From NCBI GenBank assembly GCA_963716255.1, contig OY970303.1, positions 8,160,001 through 8,224,000 of the forward strand: a stretch of DNA of 64,000 bases, in the 5' to 3' direction. Below, piece after piece: positions 48,303 through 57,506 of this stretch (position 1 is the stretch's first letter; the number at the start of each line of letters is the position of its first letter). This stretch comes from an uncultured Gemmatimonadales bacterium (lineage in GTDB: Bacteria; Gemmatimonadota; Gemmatimonadetes; Longimicrobiales; Longimicrobiaceae). The position numbers and the translations under genes were made by a program. Under the pieces are notes generated by a model, which had not been told where the DNA came from, ran no database searches, and was given only the letters and a program-made list of their open reading frames with translations.

Positions 48303-50837
48303 ATGAAGTCAGGCAAGACGAAGAACACGGCGGACGGCGCGCGGCAGGCGGAGTTCGTGCGCGTGCGCGGGGCGCGGGAGCACAACCTCAAGAACGTGGA
48401 CCTCGACATCCCCCGCGACGCGCTGGTGGTGTTCACCGGCGTGTCGGGATCGGGAAAGTCTTCGCTCGCGTTCGGCACGCTGTACGCCGAGGCGCAGCGG
48501 CGCTACCTGGAGTCGGTGGCGCCGTACGCGCGGCGCCTCTTCCACCAGATGGGCATCCCCGACGTCGACGAGATCGACGGCATCCCGCCGGCGGTGGCCC
48601 TGCAGCAGCAGCGGGGGACGCCCACCACTCGGTCGTCGGTGGGGAGCGTGACCACGCTCTCCAACCTGCTGCGCATGCTGTATTCGCGCGCGGGGGACTA
48701 TCCTCCCGGCCAGTCCATCATCTACGCCGAGGCGTTCTCCCCCAACACCCCGCAGGGAGCCTGCCCCCGCTGCCACGGCCACGGCCGCGTCTACGAGGTC
48801 ACCGAGCGGTCCATGGTGCCCGACGACTCGCTGACCATCCGCGAGCGCGCCGTCGCCGCGTGGCCGCAGGCGTGGGGCGGGCAGAACCAGCGCGACATCC
48901 TCGTCACCCTCGGCTACGACGTGGACCGCCCCTGGCGCGACCTGCCGCAGGATGTCCGCGACTGGATCCTGTTCACCGACGAGCAGCCCGTCGTCTCCGT
49001 CTACCCCGGCCTCACGCCGGAGGAGACGCGGCGCGCGCTGGAGCGCAGGGAAGAGCCCAACTACATGGGCACCTTCAGCAGCGCGCGGCGGCACGTGATG
49101 CACACCTTCGCCAACACGCAGAGCGTGTCCATGCGGCGGCGGGTGATGCAGTACATGCTCAGCACCGACTGCCCGGAGTGCGGCGGCAGGCGACTGCGCC
49201 CGGAATCGCTGTCGGTGACGTTCGCGGGGATGGACATCACGGAGCTGTCGCGCCTGCCACTGTCGCGGGTGGCCACCCTCGTCCAGCCGTACGCGGACGG
49301 CACGGCGGCCGGATCGGCGGATGCGGAGCACCCGGAAAAGGCGCTGGTGGCGCATCGCATTGCCCAGGACCTGGCCGCGCGGCTGGCGACCCTGCTGGAC
49401 CTGGGGCTGGGCTACCTGTCCATCGAGCGCAGCACGCCCACGCTCTCCCCCGGCGAGCTGCAGCGGCTGCGACTGGCGACGCAGGTGCGCTCCAACCTGT
49501 TCGGCGTCGTGTACGTGCTCGACGAACCCTCCGCCGGCCTGCACCCGGCGGACACCGAGGCGCTGCTGCGCGCGCTGGACGGGCTGCTGGCCGCGGGGAA
49601 CTCGCTGTTCGTGGTGGAGCACGACATGGACGTGGTTCGCCACGCCCACTGGATCGTGGACGTGGGCCCCGCGGCGGGCGAGCAGGGCGGACGCGTGCTC
49701 TACAGCGGCCCCCCCGCCGGGCTCGCGGCGGTGGAAGAGTCCCAGACGCGGCGCCACCTCTTCGGCGAGGGGACGCCGCCCGCGCGGACGCCGCGCGAGC
49801 CCAGGGGATGGCTGGCGCTGGAGGGGGTCACCCGCAACAACCTCCACGAGCTGGACGTGCGGTTCCCGCTCGGCGTGTTCACCACGGTGAGCGGCGTTTC
49901 CGGCTCGGGGAAGTCCAGCCTGGTGAGCCAGGTGCTGGTGGAGTTGGTGGCGGCGCACCTGGGCCACGAGCTCCCCGCCGTGGAAGACGACGACGAGCCG
50001 GAGCACACAGCCGCGGTTCCCCCCGGCGGCCGCATCGCGGGGGGGATGGAGGGCATTCATCGCCTGGTGCGCGTGGACCAGAAGCCCATCGGGCGCACGC
50101 CGCGCTCCAACCTGGCCACCTACACGGGGCTGTTCGACCACGTCCGCCGCCTCTTCGCCGCCACGCCGGACGCCAGGAAGCGGCGCTACGACGCGGGCCG
50201 CTTCTCCTTCAACGTGGCCAAGGGGCGCTGCGAGACCTGCGAGGGCGAGGGGTTCGTGATGGTGGAGCTGCTCTTCCTCCCCAGCGTCTACGCGCCCTGC
50301 CCCACCTGCCACGGCGCGCGCTACGACGCGAAGACGCTGGAGATCCGCTTGCGCGGCCGCAACGTCGCCGAGGTGCTGGGGATGACGGTGGACGCCGCGT
50401 GGGAGTTCTTCGCCGGCGAGGACGCCGTGCGCCGCTCGCTGCACGTGCTGCGCGAGGTGGGGCTGGGATACCTGCGGCTGGGGCAGCCCGCCACGGAGCT
50501 GTCCGGCGGCGAGGCGCAGCGGATCAAGCTGGCCACCGAGCTGCAGCGCGCGCAGCGCGGCCACTCGCTGTACGTGCTGGACGAGCCCACCACCGGCCTT
50601 CACCCCTCCGACGTGGAAAAGCTGGTGGCGCAGCTGCACGGGCTGGTGGAGGCCGGCAACACGGTCGTGGTGGTGGAGCACGACATGCGCGTGGTGGCCG
50701 GCAGCGACTGGGTGATCGACATCGGCCCCGGCGCCGGCGAGGAGGGCGGGCGCGTGGTCGCCGCCGGCCCGCCCGCCGTGGTGGCTTGCGCCGCGAGGAG
50801 CCGCACGGCGCCCTACCTGGCGCGGGTGCTGGGGTGA
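48303..50837 (+). CDS. UvrA-like ABC ATPase (short, class II/UvrA2 type)
   Basis: GAREHNLKN, two [11 protein letters not shown]alker A motifs, [12 protein letters not shown], zinc fingers; shorter than canonical UvrA. Confidence 0.92.
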   Translation: MKSGKTKNTADGARQAEFVRVRGAREHNLKNVDLDIPRDALVVFTGVSGSGKSSLAFGTLYAEAQRRYLESVAPYARRLFHQMGIPDVDEIDGIPPAVALQQQRGTPTTRSSVGSVTTLSNLLRMLYSRAGDYPPGQSIIYAEAFSPNTPQGACPRCHGHGRVYEVTERSMVPDDSLTIRERAVAAWPQAWGGQNQRDILVTLGYDVDRPWRDLPQDVRDWILFTDEQPVVSVYPGLTPEETRRALERREEPNYMGTFSSARRHVMHTFANTQSVSMRRRVMQYMLSTDCPECGGRRLRPESLSVTFAGMDITELSRLPLSRVATLVQPYADGTAAGSADAEHPEKALVAHRIAQDLAARLATLLDLGLGYLSIERSTPTLSPGELQRLRLATQVRSNLFGVVYVLDEPSAGLHPADTEALLRALDGLLAAGNSLFVVEHDMDVVRHAHWIVDVGPAAGEQGGRVLYSGPPAGLAAVEESQTRRHLFGEGTPPARTPREPRGWLALEGVTRNNLHELDVRFPLGVFTTVSGVSGSGKSSLVSQVLVELVAAHLGHELPAVEDDDEPEHTAAVPPGGRIAGGMEGIHRLVRVDQKPIGRTPRSNLATYTGLFDHVRRLFAATPDARKRRYDAGRFSFNVAKGRCETCEGEGFVMVELLFLPSVYAPCPTCHGARYDAKTLEIRLRGRNVAEVLGMTVDAAWEFFAGEDAVRRSLHVLREVGLGYLRLGQPATELSGGEAQRIKLATELQRAQRGHSLYVLDEPTTGLHPSDVEKLVAQLHGLVEAGNTVVVVEHDMRVVAGSDWVIDIGPGAGEEGGRVVAAGPPAVVACAARSRTAPYLARVLG

Positions 50838-50839
50838 GG
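50747..50839 (+). repeat. Left copy of 93 bp direct repeat (3' end of uvrA-like gene)
   Basis: Matches 53926-54018 with 4 mismatches. Confidence 0.93.
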
Positions 50840-50998
50840 GACAAAGAGGAGTAGAACCGACAAGATTAGTGCGTGGGTCAAGTACGCACTCCGTAGGCAC
50901 ATCGGCAAAGATGGCACGCAACTTAGAAGGGATTCGCACCCGGTCGCAACAGGCCTGCGTGTGGCTCTTACGCACGTCGCGTATCACCGCTATCGTTA

Positions 50999-51019
50999 TC
51001 TCACGTATATCACGTGAGA
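50999..51019. promoter_or_regulatory. Putative operator (TCTCACGT-N5-ACGTGAGA)
   Basis: Perfect 8 bp inverted repeat ending 14 bp before the STAS-wHTH start codon. Confidence 0.55.
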
Positions 51020-51033
51020 AAGGTGACCGAAAA

Positions 51034-51606
51034 ATGATTCGTGAGTTGGTAACGGAGTTAATGGACAACGAGGATGTTCTCTTTGGTGTCCCTATGGGTA
51101 GGCAATGCTTTGCGAAGCTCTTAGAGCGAACGATAGAGCCGAAGCAGCCTTCTGTCCTGCTCCTCGATTTCCAGGGAGTTGTTTCTGCGACCGTGAGCTT
51201 CCTGCGGGAAGGGCCCCTCGCCTTTCGACAGCATTTGCGAGGACAATCCTCAACTTTGTACCCGGTGTTTGCCAACTTGGCCTTGTCGGTCGCTGATTCG
51301 CTCGGGGACTACCTCACAGCGTCCCGTGACGCTGTCTTCATGTGTGAGTTTGCGAACGGCCGTCTGACGAACCCAAGGCTGATCGGTCAACTAGAACCGA
51401 AACAAAGACTGACCTTTGACGCAGTGGTGGCTGCTGAATCTGTGACAGCCGCAGAATTGGCTCGAGAGGCTGGTGACGAGGATGATGTGCGAGTTACGGC
51501 CTGGAACAATCGCCTTGCTGCCCTTGTGCAGAAGGGTCTGCTAATCGAAACGAGGGAAGGCCGCAGGAAGACGTTCAGAAGCATCTTTCCTAAGGAGATT
51601 ATCTGA
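51034..51606 (+). CDS. STAS-like (DUF4325-type) domain fused to winged-HTH, 190 aa
   Basis: LLLDFQGVVSATVSFLRE (STAS strand-helix with Ser); VTAAELA..TAWNNRLAALVQKGLLIETREGRRKTF (wHTH). Confidence 0.78.
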   Translation: MIRELVTELMDNEDVLFGVPMGRQCFAKLLERTIEPKQPSVLLLDFQGVVSATVSFLREGPLAFRQHLRGQSSTLYPVFANLALSVADSLGDYLTASRDAVFMCEFANGRLTNPRLIGQLEPKQRLTFDAVVAAESVTAAELAREAGDEDDVRVTAWNNRLAALVQKGLLIETREGRRKTFRSIFPKEII

Positions 51607-51947
51607 TGGGTGTGGACTTTATCCGTGAACGCGCGCAGGGGTTCACCAGGAGTTGGGACCGACACCGGGTTGACCTCGCCACTCGTTCTCTGTTCACCCG
51701 CGACCCCGGGTGTCTTCCTCGCGCGGCTATTGCAACCACGTCGACCATGCGAACGATCCTTCCCGGTACTGTTCTGATCGTACGGTGGGAGCATGGGGGA
51801 TTGGTTGCATATGAAGAGCTTACACCCGTTGCACGATTTGTCGACCCTCCGCCGGAAGTTATCTCGTCAATCCGGGAGTGCGGAGGATGCGCCAAAGGAG
51901 AAGTGACTGTGGTTCACGACCCAAATCTGCTGGAGATCGCAATATGA
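51606..51947 (+). CDS. Hypothetical protein, 113 aa
   Basis: Translationally coupled on both sides (TGATG, ATGA); AGGAG upstream. Confidence 0.8.
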   Translation: MGVDFIRERAQGFTRSWDRHRVDLATRSLFTRDPGCLPRAAIATTSTMRTILPGTVLIVRWEHGGLVAYEELTPVARFVDPPPEVISSIRECGGCAKGEVTVVHDPNLLEIAI

Positions 51948-53038
51948 TGAGAGAGAAGGCGCAGGTTCGCCGAACTTTGCGGGGGGCGCGCTTCTTTGAC
52001 GATCCCGCGGCTAATCCGTCTTGCCTCGGATGCTCCGCCTGTCCCGATCTCGCAACCTGTGGTGGACTCCACGTCCGCTCAGCGGCATTCGATTGCCTTG
52101 CATACTGTTGCAAGAAGCCACTGGAGTGCGACAATGTTTGCGTTCGCAACCCCAGCGCGTTCGTCGAACGGGTGCATGAGATCGAAGGCTTCTCGCTTGA
52201 CAATATTCCACGAGTAGCCGTCCAATCACAACCGGCGTTGCCCCGGACGGTGCCGCTGCTCTATCACGGCTCAAGCAGAAGTGAGCGATTTGCTTCCCCG
52301 GTTGTTGCACTTCCGCTGTTCGCCCTCATTAATCGGTCACAAGGCACAGTAAAATTTCCTTCACGGAGTGAACTGCTCGATACCTTCCGTATTTCCGACT
52401 CGTCTCGTATCGTGCTGTCCGGCACAGATACGGATGCGCCACTGGAGCGGTGGTGGGGATATGGGAGTAAGCGCATTATTGCGCTTGAGCACCTGATGCA
52501 CCTCGGTGTTGAAGTGATAACGAGCCCTAATTACAGCCTCTTCTCGGATGCACCCAGATGGACGGATATGCATTCGATGAAGCGGATTGCAATGACGTGG
52601 CAGGAGATCGCGAGTGTAGGCATCCGCAGTGCGCTTCATGTGAATGCACGAACGATGCGGGACTGGCGCCGTTGGCGTGATTTCATTGGTGAGCGTGAGG
52701 AGATCAACTGCTTGGCTTTCGAATTCGCCACCGGAGCTGCCGATCCGAAGCGCATGATTTGGCACACGGATCAGCTCTGTCGGCTGGCCGCGGAGGTACA
52801 ACGGCCAATTACGCTCTTTGTTCGCGGAGGAACAGCGGTACTGTCCCAATTGGAGGGGTTTTTTGATGGCGTCTGTTTGATCGATCCAAGGCCATTCATG
52901 AAGGCCATCCATCGCCAACGGGCCGTGAGACGTTCAGATGGTTCGATTGCATGGCGGAGTGCGGCTGGTACCAACTGGGCAGTAGAAGGACTTCTGGAGC
53001 ACAACTCTCTTGAGTTGGCGGCCTACTTTAGTGATTAA
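51944..53038 (+). CDS. Cys-rich DUF4417-like protein, possibly TGT/DpdA-related barrel, 364 aa
   Basis: 9 Cys in 40 aa near the N-terminus; ITSPNYSLFSD, IDPRPFMKA, LLEHN. The CDS is secure; the family call is tentative. Confidence 0.65.
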   Translation: MMREKAQVRRTLRGARFFDDPAANPSCLGCSACPDLATCGGLHVRSAAFDCLAYCCKKPLECDNVCVRNPSAFVERVHEIEGFSLDNIPRVAVQSQPALPRTVPLLYHGSSRSERFASPVVALPLFALINRSQGTVKFPSRSELLDTFRISDSSRIVLSGTDTDAPLERWWGYGSKRIIALEHLMHLGVEVITSPNYSLFSDAPRWTDMHSMKRIAMTWQEIASVGIRSALHVNARTMRDWRRWRDFIGEREEINCLAFEFATGAADPKRMIWHTDQLCRLAAEVQRPITLFVRGGTAVLSQLEGFFDGVCLIDPRPFMKAIHRQRAVRRSDGSIAWRSAAGTNWAVEGLLEHNSLELAAYFSD

Positions 53039-53811
53039 GTTGCAGTCGCGCGTAGAGCGACCATGAATCCTTTACCATGGGCGCGTTGTCGAACAACCGC
53101 AACGCTTTGGGTTGGATCTCCTTCGATGCTCAGAAGGTGATCACCGGATCGGAAACGGAGTTGGGCGTTACTGTTGACAAGGCCTACAAATAACTCGTGA
53201 AATCCCCATCCTCGGCCGCTAGTTCGCCCATAACGACTATTTCCATCGCCGAGGGCTATCTTCAACGCGGAGCCATGATCCTGAAGGGAACTGAATTCTG
53301 GGCAACTACGTAGCGACGCCAGCACGCCGATGCCACGGTCTAGAACAATGCACTCAAGCTCATTTGCTCTGACACTAAATACTAGAAGTCCGGTGTGCCC
53401 TGCGTCCGAGTGCGTGTGGATATTATCTTCCAACTCACCAATAGCACCTACAATTTGCTTCGCCCATTGCTGAGCAAACCCCGATGTTATCAGGGCTTGT
53501 TGAAGCTGATATCGGAATCGGACCCAAGCTAGATGGTTGAAATCGGTGTGTTTCCGCTGAACTCGCACAAAGCCCATTACTGGTCCTTCAACAGAGCACC
53601 AAAATTCGCGGCGGGATTTGATTTGAACGTGGAGAGCCTCGAAGGGTGGTGTGCGAATGAGCGATCCGAGTTGGTGACCAGCGGAGCGAAGCCAATACCA
53701 TTCTAGATACGCCGCGAGATCTGCCGTAACAAACGTGTGCTTACTTTTATCGTGATTTGCTGCAACCAGCACGCTCAAGCGATCAAGCTCTTGAATCGTG
53801 AGTTCAATCAC
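53035..53811 (-). CDS. GHKL ATPase, anti-sigma/serine kinase-like
   Basis: N-box ELEDNIHTHS, G1 VLDRGIG, G2 GRGWGF; no H-box. Stop overlaps the partner gene stop (TTAA). Confidence 0.82.
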   Translation of the reverse strand: MIELTIQELDRLSVLVAANHDKSKHTFVTADLAAYLEWYWLRSAGHQLGSLIRTPPFEALHVQIKSRREFWCSVEGPVMGFVRVQRKHTDFNHLAWVRFRYQLQQALITSGFAQQWAKQIVGAIGELEDNIHTHSDAGHTGLLVFSVRANELECIVLDRGIGVLASLRSCPEFSSLQDHGSALKIALGDGNSRYGRTSGRGWGFHELFVGLVNSNAQLRFRSGDHLLSIEGDPTQSVAVVRQRAHGKGFMVALRATAT

Positions 53812-53925
53812 ATGTCATCGTCGCAAAGGTGTTTAGATCAGGGATTGAAGGTGGAAATACTGGAGATGGTCTGGGGAATGCGCAACCCCGTCCGACTAGC
53901 GGCAGTCAAGGTTGTCAGCGGAAAA

Positions 53926-54018
53926 CGGGCGCGTGGTCGCCGCCGGCCCGCCCGCCGTGGTGGCCCGCGCCGCGAAGAGCCGCACGGCGCCCTACCTGGC
54001 GCGGGAGCTGGGGTGAGG
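53926..54018 (+). repeat. Right copy of 93 bp direct repeat (orphan uvrA-like 3' end)
   Basis: Encodes [29 protein letters not shown]. Confidence 0.93.
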
Positions 54019-54019
54019 A

Positions 54020-54475
54020 ATGGCTGAGATCAAGCTCCGGTTCGGGAAGGCTCGCCACGGGTGGCTCCCGACCACGCTCGAAGTCGACGGCGACGTGCTC
54101 GCCTTCGACGTGTCGTATCTCCCCCACGACTTCATCACGGAGCTGATCGCGGCGCTTTCAGGGGTGCTCGACGGGCGGAGGGAGTACGTCGCCCGGATCT
54201 GCGAGGAGCCGACGGAGCACGACTGGCGGTTCCGCTCGTTCGATCCGTCGGCCGTGGCGTTCGAAGTGGTAACCTACAGGGACGGGCGCGGCGACAGAGG
54301 CGAAGTCGTGGCCCGGACGTGGGGAGCACCGCTCGACGTCGTGCTTCCGTTCTGGCGGGGGCTGCGGGAGCTTTCGGACCGCGCCGCGGCGGAGCGCTTC
54401 CGCGCAAACTGGAGCGCGCCTTTTCCCTTCGACGCGCTCGACCGGCTGAGCAGGCGCGTCGAGCCGGGCGGCTAA
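54020..54475 (+). CDS. Hypothetical protein, 151 aa
   Basis: Host-like GC; start 3 nt after the duplicated uvrA stop (TGAGGAATG). Confidence 0.75.
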   Translation: MAEIKLRFGKARHGWLPTTLEVDGDVLAFDVSYLPHDFITELIAALSGVLDGRREYVARICEEPTEHDWRFRSFDPSAVAFEVVTYRDGRGDRGEVVARTWGAPLDVVLPFWRGLRELSDRAAAERFRANWSAPFPFDALDRLSRRVEPGG

Positions 54476-54488
54476 CACGCGGCGCGCA

Positions 54489-55508
54489 TCAGGCGGCGCT
54501 CTCGCGCGGCGGGCGGAGCGCGATCAGGCGCAGGAGCAGTTCCTCCATGGCCTGCCGGTCCGAGAGCGACGCCGACTTGAGCAGCCGGTCCGTGCGCAGC
54601 AATTCCGCCAGCGCCGCGTCCACTTCCGCCAGCGTCCACTTCCTGGCCTGAGGCGCCACCTTGCGCGCCAGCCACTTCTGGTACGGCTTCAGCTCGCGCT
54701 CCAGCGCCCCCTGCCCCCCCGCGCACACCAGCGCCACGCGCAGGAGCTGCTGCGCCATCCCGATCACCAGCCCCACCCCGCTCTCCCCCGACTCCAGAAG
54801 CACGGGGAGGACGCGCAGCGCCTCCGGGAGGCGACGGTCGCCCACCAGGTCGAACCAGGCCCAGCGGTCGGCGCGCGGGACGTTGCCGCCCACCGCGCGC
54901 ACGTCGTCCAGGGTGATGCGGCCGCGGTCCTGCACGTACCCCGCGAGCTTGGTCAGCTCCGAGGTCAGCGTCCCCAGGCTGGTCCCCACCGCGGCGACCA
55001 GCGCGCTCGCCGCGTCCGGCTCCAGCTCCACCTCGTGTGCTGCGCGCGCCCGCTCGATCAGCCACCCCGGCGCGTCCAGCGGCTCCAGCGACGCGTACTC
55101 CACCGAGGTGGCGCGCTTCTGCAATTCCGTGTAGAACTTGGCCTTGGAGCCCGCCGGAATGGCCGCGGAAAGGACCAGCGCCAGCCCCGGGGGCGGCGCC
55201 TTGGCCGCGGCCTCCACCACCTCGCGCGCCTTCACCGAGAGCCCCTGCGCCGCCCGCACCACCACCACGCGCCACTCCGCCATCATCGGCGGCGTGGCGA
55301 TCAGCGACGCCAGCTCGTCCGCCGCCACCTCCCCGCCGGCAACCTGGTCGAAGTTGAAGTCGCGCGTCCCCGGGTCCAGGTGCCGCTCCACCACGCGCGC
55401 GACGGCCTCCTCGCGGAGGTAGTCCTCGTCGCCGTGGAAGAAGAAAACTCCGCCGCCCGCGCGGTCGCGCAGGGAGCGGAGCAGGGCTTCGTGGGAGATC
55501 TCGGACAC
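54489..55508 (-). CDS. holA: DNA polymerase III subunit delta
   Basis: FHGDEDYL, DFNF, TPPMMAEWRVVVV, ELTKL, DRLLKS. Confidence 0.9.
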   Translation of the reverse strand: MSEISHEALLRSLRDRAGGGVFFFHGDEDYLREEAVARVVERHLDPGTRDFNFDQVAGGEVAADELASLIATPPMMAEWRVVVVRAAQGLSVKAREVVEAAAKAPPPGLALVLSAAIPAGSKAKFYTELQKRATSVEYASLEPLDAPGWLIERARAAHEVELEPDAASALVAAVGTSLGTLTSELTKLAGYVQDRGRITLDDVRAVGGNVPRADRWAWFDLVGDRRLPEALRVLPVLLESGESGVGLVIGMAQQLLRVALVCAGGQGALERELKPYQKWLARKVAPQARKWTLAEVDAALAELLRTDRLLKSASLSDRQAMEELLLRLIALRPPRESAA

Positions 55509-55593
55509 GGGCGGTGCGGCGGTGGGTGCGGAGAGCGCGCGGGCCGGCGACTCGCCCGCGCCGTGGAGGCCGGCGCCCCGCCCCGCCGCGGCG

Positions 55594-56154
55594 TCAGTTC
55601 GCCGGCAGCAGGTTCATGGCGACGGGGTTGGTGACCGGGACCCCGATGGGATAGTAGCGGAACAGGAGGTGGTTGTCACGCGCCTGCAGCGCCGCGGGCT
55701 CCAGGTCGCGGTGGAGCACCGCCGTGTGCGCCAGCAGCGGCCCGGCCATGGACAGCGGCGGCAGGTCCGCGCCCGGCGCCCGCGCCGACACGGCCGGCAG
55801 GCGGTACAGCCCGTCCGTCACCGGGCGGAGCACGGGGAGGAACGCCGCCATGGCCAGCACCGCCGCGATGGACAGCACCGCGGGGGTGGGGACGCCCGAG
55901 AAGCGCCGGTCCGGCGTCCGCAGCTCGTCCTCCAGGTGGAAGATGCGGTGCTGGAGCCGGGCCGCGAAGTCGTCGGAGGGAGCCAGCTCCGGGAGGTCGC
56001 GGAAGATCACCGCGCCGCGGTCGACCACCCGGTCGTAGCGGGCGCAGGAGGCGCAGGCGGCGAGGTGCGCCTCGAACTCGCGGCTCTCCTCCGGGAGCAG
56101 GAAGCCGTCCCGGAACTCCGAGTACTCGTCGAGGAAGCGTGCGCAGTCCACCAT
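55594..56154 (-). CDS. Zinc-binding anti-sigma factor (zf-HC2)
   Basis: HLAACASC (HxxxCxxC) plus a single transmembrane segment. Confidence 0.87.
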   Translation of the reverse strand: MVDCARFLDEYSEFRDGFLLPEESREFEAHLAACASCARYDRVVDRGAVIFRDLPELAPSDDFAARLQHRIFHLEDELRTPDRRFSGVPTPAVLSIAAVLAMAAFLPVLRPVTDGLYRLPAVSARAPGADLPPLSMAGPLLAHTAVLHRDLEPAALQARDNHLLFRYYPIGVPVTNPVAMNLLPAN

Positions 56155-56586
56155 GGCTCGTGTGTCGCAGGGAAACGCGTTCGGTGCGGGTCCGCGGGGC
56201 GCGGACCGTGTGACCGGTTCCTTCTACGCGGGAAAGGTTTGGGTGTTCCAGCCCGCTTTCGGCCGGATCTTGCGGCGGGCCGCGCCCGTGTCGGACGGAC
56301 GCGGCGCGGGAGCGAAAAGCGAGAGGGCCGCTTCCCCCCCGGGAGCGACCCTCTCGCCTTCCGACCCTCCGAACCGACGCACGCGGCGGGCCGGACCAAC
56401 CTGCCTTCCGTCTGTCTCAGCGCGCTCGGTCAAGCCTGGAGGCGATGATCCGCGAGAGCACCAGACCATGTACCGCGGGGCTGGCGCAGTGTTCCCGGAG
56501 ATGATGCAGGCCGGCGATCCCCCCCTCCGGTGCTCCTGTCTCGGCCACGCTGCGGTCCAGGCCCCCGCCTCGCAGCAGGAGCCGCG

Positions 56587-57219
56587 TCAGCTCGTGGTCG
56601 CGCCTGACACCGACGCCTGCTTGGCGGGCTTCGTGAAATGCCTGAACCTACCTACGGACCAGATGTAATGATGCACGGTGCCATCGCGCTGAGTGATCAC
56701 CAGGTGCCAGTAGACGATTCCATCCGGACCCATTTTCGGGGAGAGGTTGTACCGTGAATAGGCCCAGCTCACCTCCTTTCCGTCCGGGAAGGTGACCTTC
56801 CCACCCCGAGTCCCCCCACTGACCGTGGGGCCGGCTGCGTCCGCCCGGATCATCTCGGATTCACCCGTGTCATACGCAAGGGCCAGATACTGGATGGTAT
56901 CGGAATCGCTTACGGCGGCCGTGTCCGACGCCGTCCAGGATTCCACCTCGGCCCATCCCTCTTCCGCCCACCCATCTTCCGCCCACCCTTCGTCCGCCGT
57001 CCCCTCATCCACCGTCCCCTCATCCACCGTCCCCTCATCCACCGTCCCCTCATCCACCGTCCCCTCATCCACCGTCCCCTCATCCACCGTCCCGGACAGG
57101 TTCCGCGATACCGCCTCGCTGCCTGCCTGCGGCAGGGTCGCCGTCTCGCACCCGGCGCTTGCCAGCGCCAGGGCCACCACCGCGAACGTCGCCCGCATCC
57201 TGGAGTGCGTGAAGCTCAT
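56587..57219 (-). CDS. Lipoprotein with acidic pentapeptide repeats
   Basis: ASAGC lipobox; (GTVDE)x6 then GTADE/GWAED/GWAEE; AGGGAG ribosome-binding site. Confidence 0.75.
   Translation of the reverse strand: MSFTHSRMRATFAVVALALASAGCETATLPQAGSEAVSRNLSGTVDEGTVDEGTVDEGTVDEGTVDEGTVDEGTADEGWAEDGWAEEGWAEVESWTASDTAAVSDSDTIQYLALAYDTGESEMIRADAAGPTVSGGTRGGKVTFPDGKEVSWAYSRYNLSPKMGPDGIVYWHLVITQRDGTVHHYIWSVGRFRHFTKPAKQASVSGATTS
56997..57093. repeat. 15 bp tandem repeat x6 (CCGTCCCCTCATCCA)
   Basis: Six perfect units plus a partial one, in frame within the lipoprotein gene. Confidence 0.95.
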
Positions 57220-57506
57220 GCTCCCTCCTGCCTTGTCGATTGTGGACCGATGATCAGGACGCAGAAGTAATCATCCGATCCTCCCTGATGTCAATAGATC
57301 TGTCTTATTACATGCGCCTTCGGTGAGCCAACACGGTCCAAGTTCAACTGCGCCAGATGGTGGCAGGTGCTCCAGCGGGGGACGCAGCAAACGAATAAGG
57401 GGAGCCCCGGAAGTGGGGACTCCCCTCGAATGCAGCGCCGGTGGCCGCCCAGCGTGCTCACGTCACGCGCTCCCCCCGCCGGAAGGCGGAAACCCGCGCC
57501 ATGGGC

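Larger units (their letters stand above)
50840..53925. mobile_element. Lower-GC genomic islet (4 genes, no integrase) inserted at the uvrA-like 3' end
   Basis: Abrupt visible drop in GC and in GC at third codon positions; bounded by the 93 bp direct repeat. Confidence 0.85.

Noticed and set aside
54020..54475. Assigning the 151 aa protein to the islet or calling it a toxin immunity protein
   Set aside because: It lies outside the right repeat, has host-like GC and has no adjacent toxin; the resemblance to immunity proteins is too vague to support.
56997..57093. Tandem repeat as a CRISPR array
   Set aside because: The 15 bp units have no spacers, lie in frame in a CDS, and no cas genes are present.
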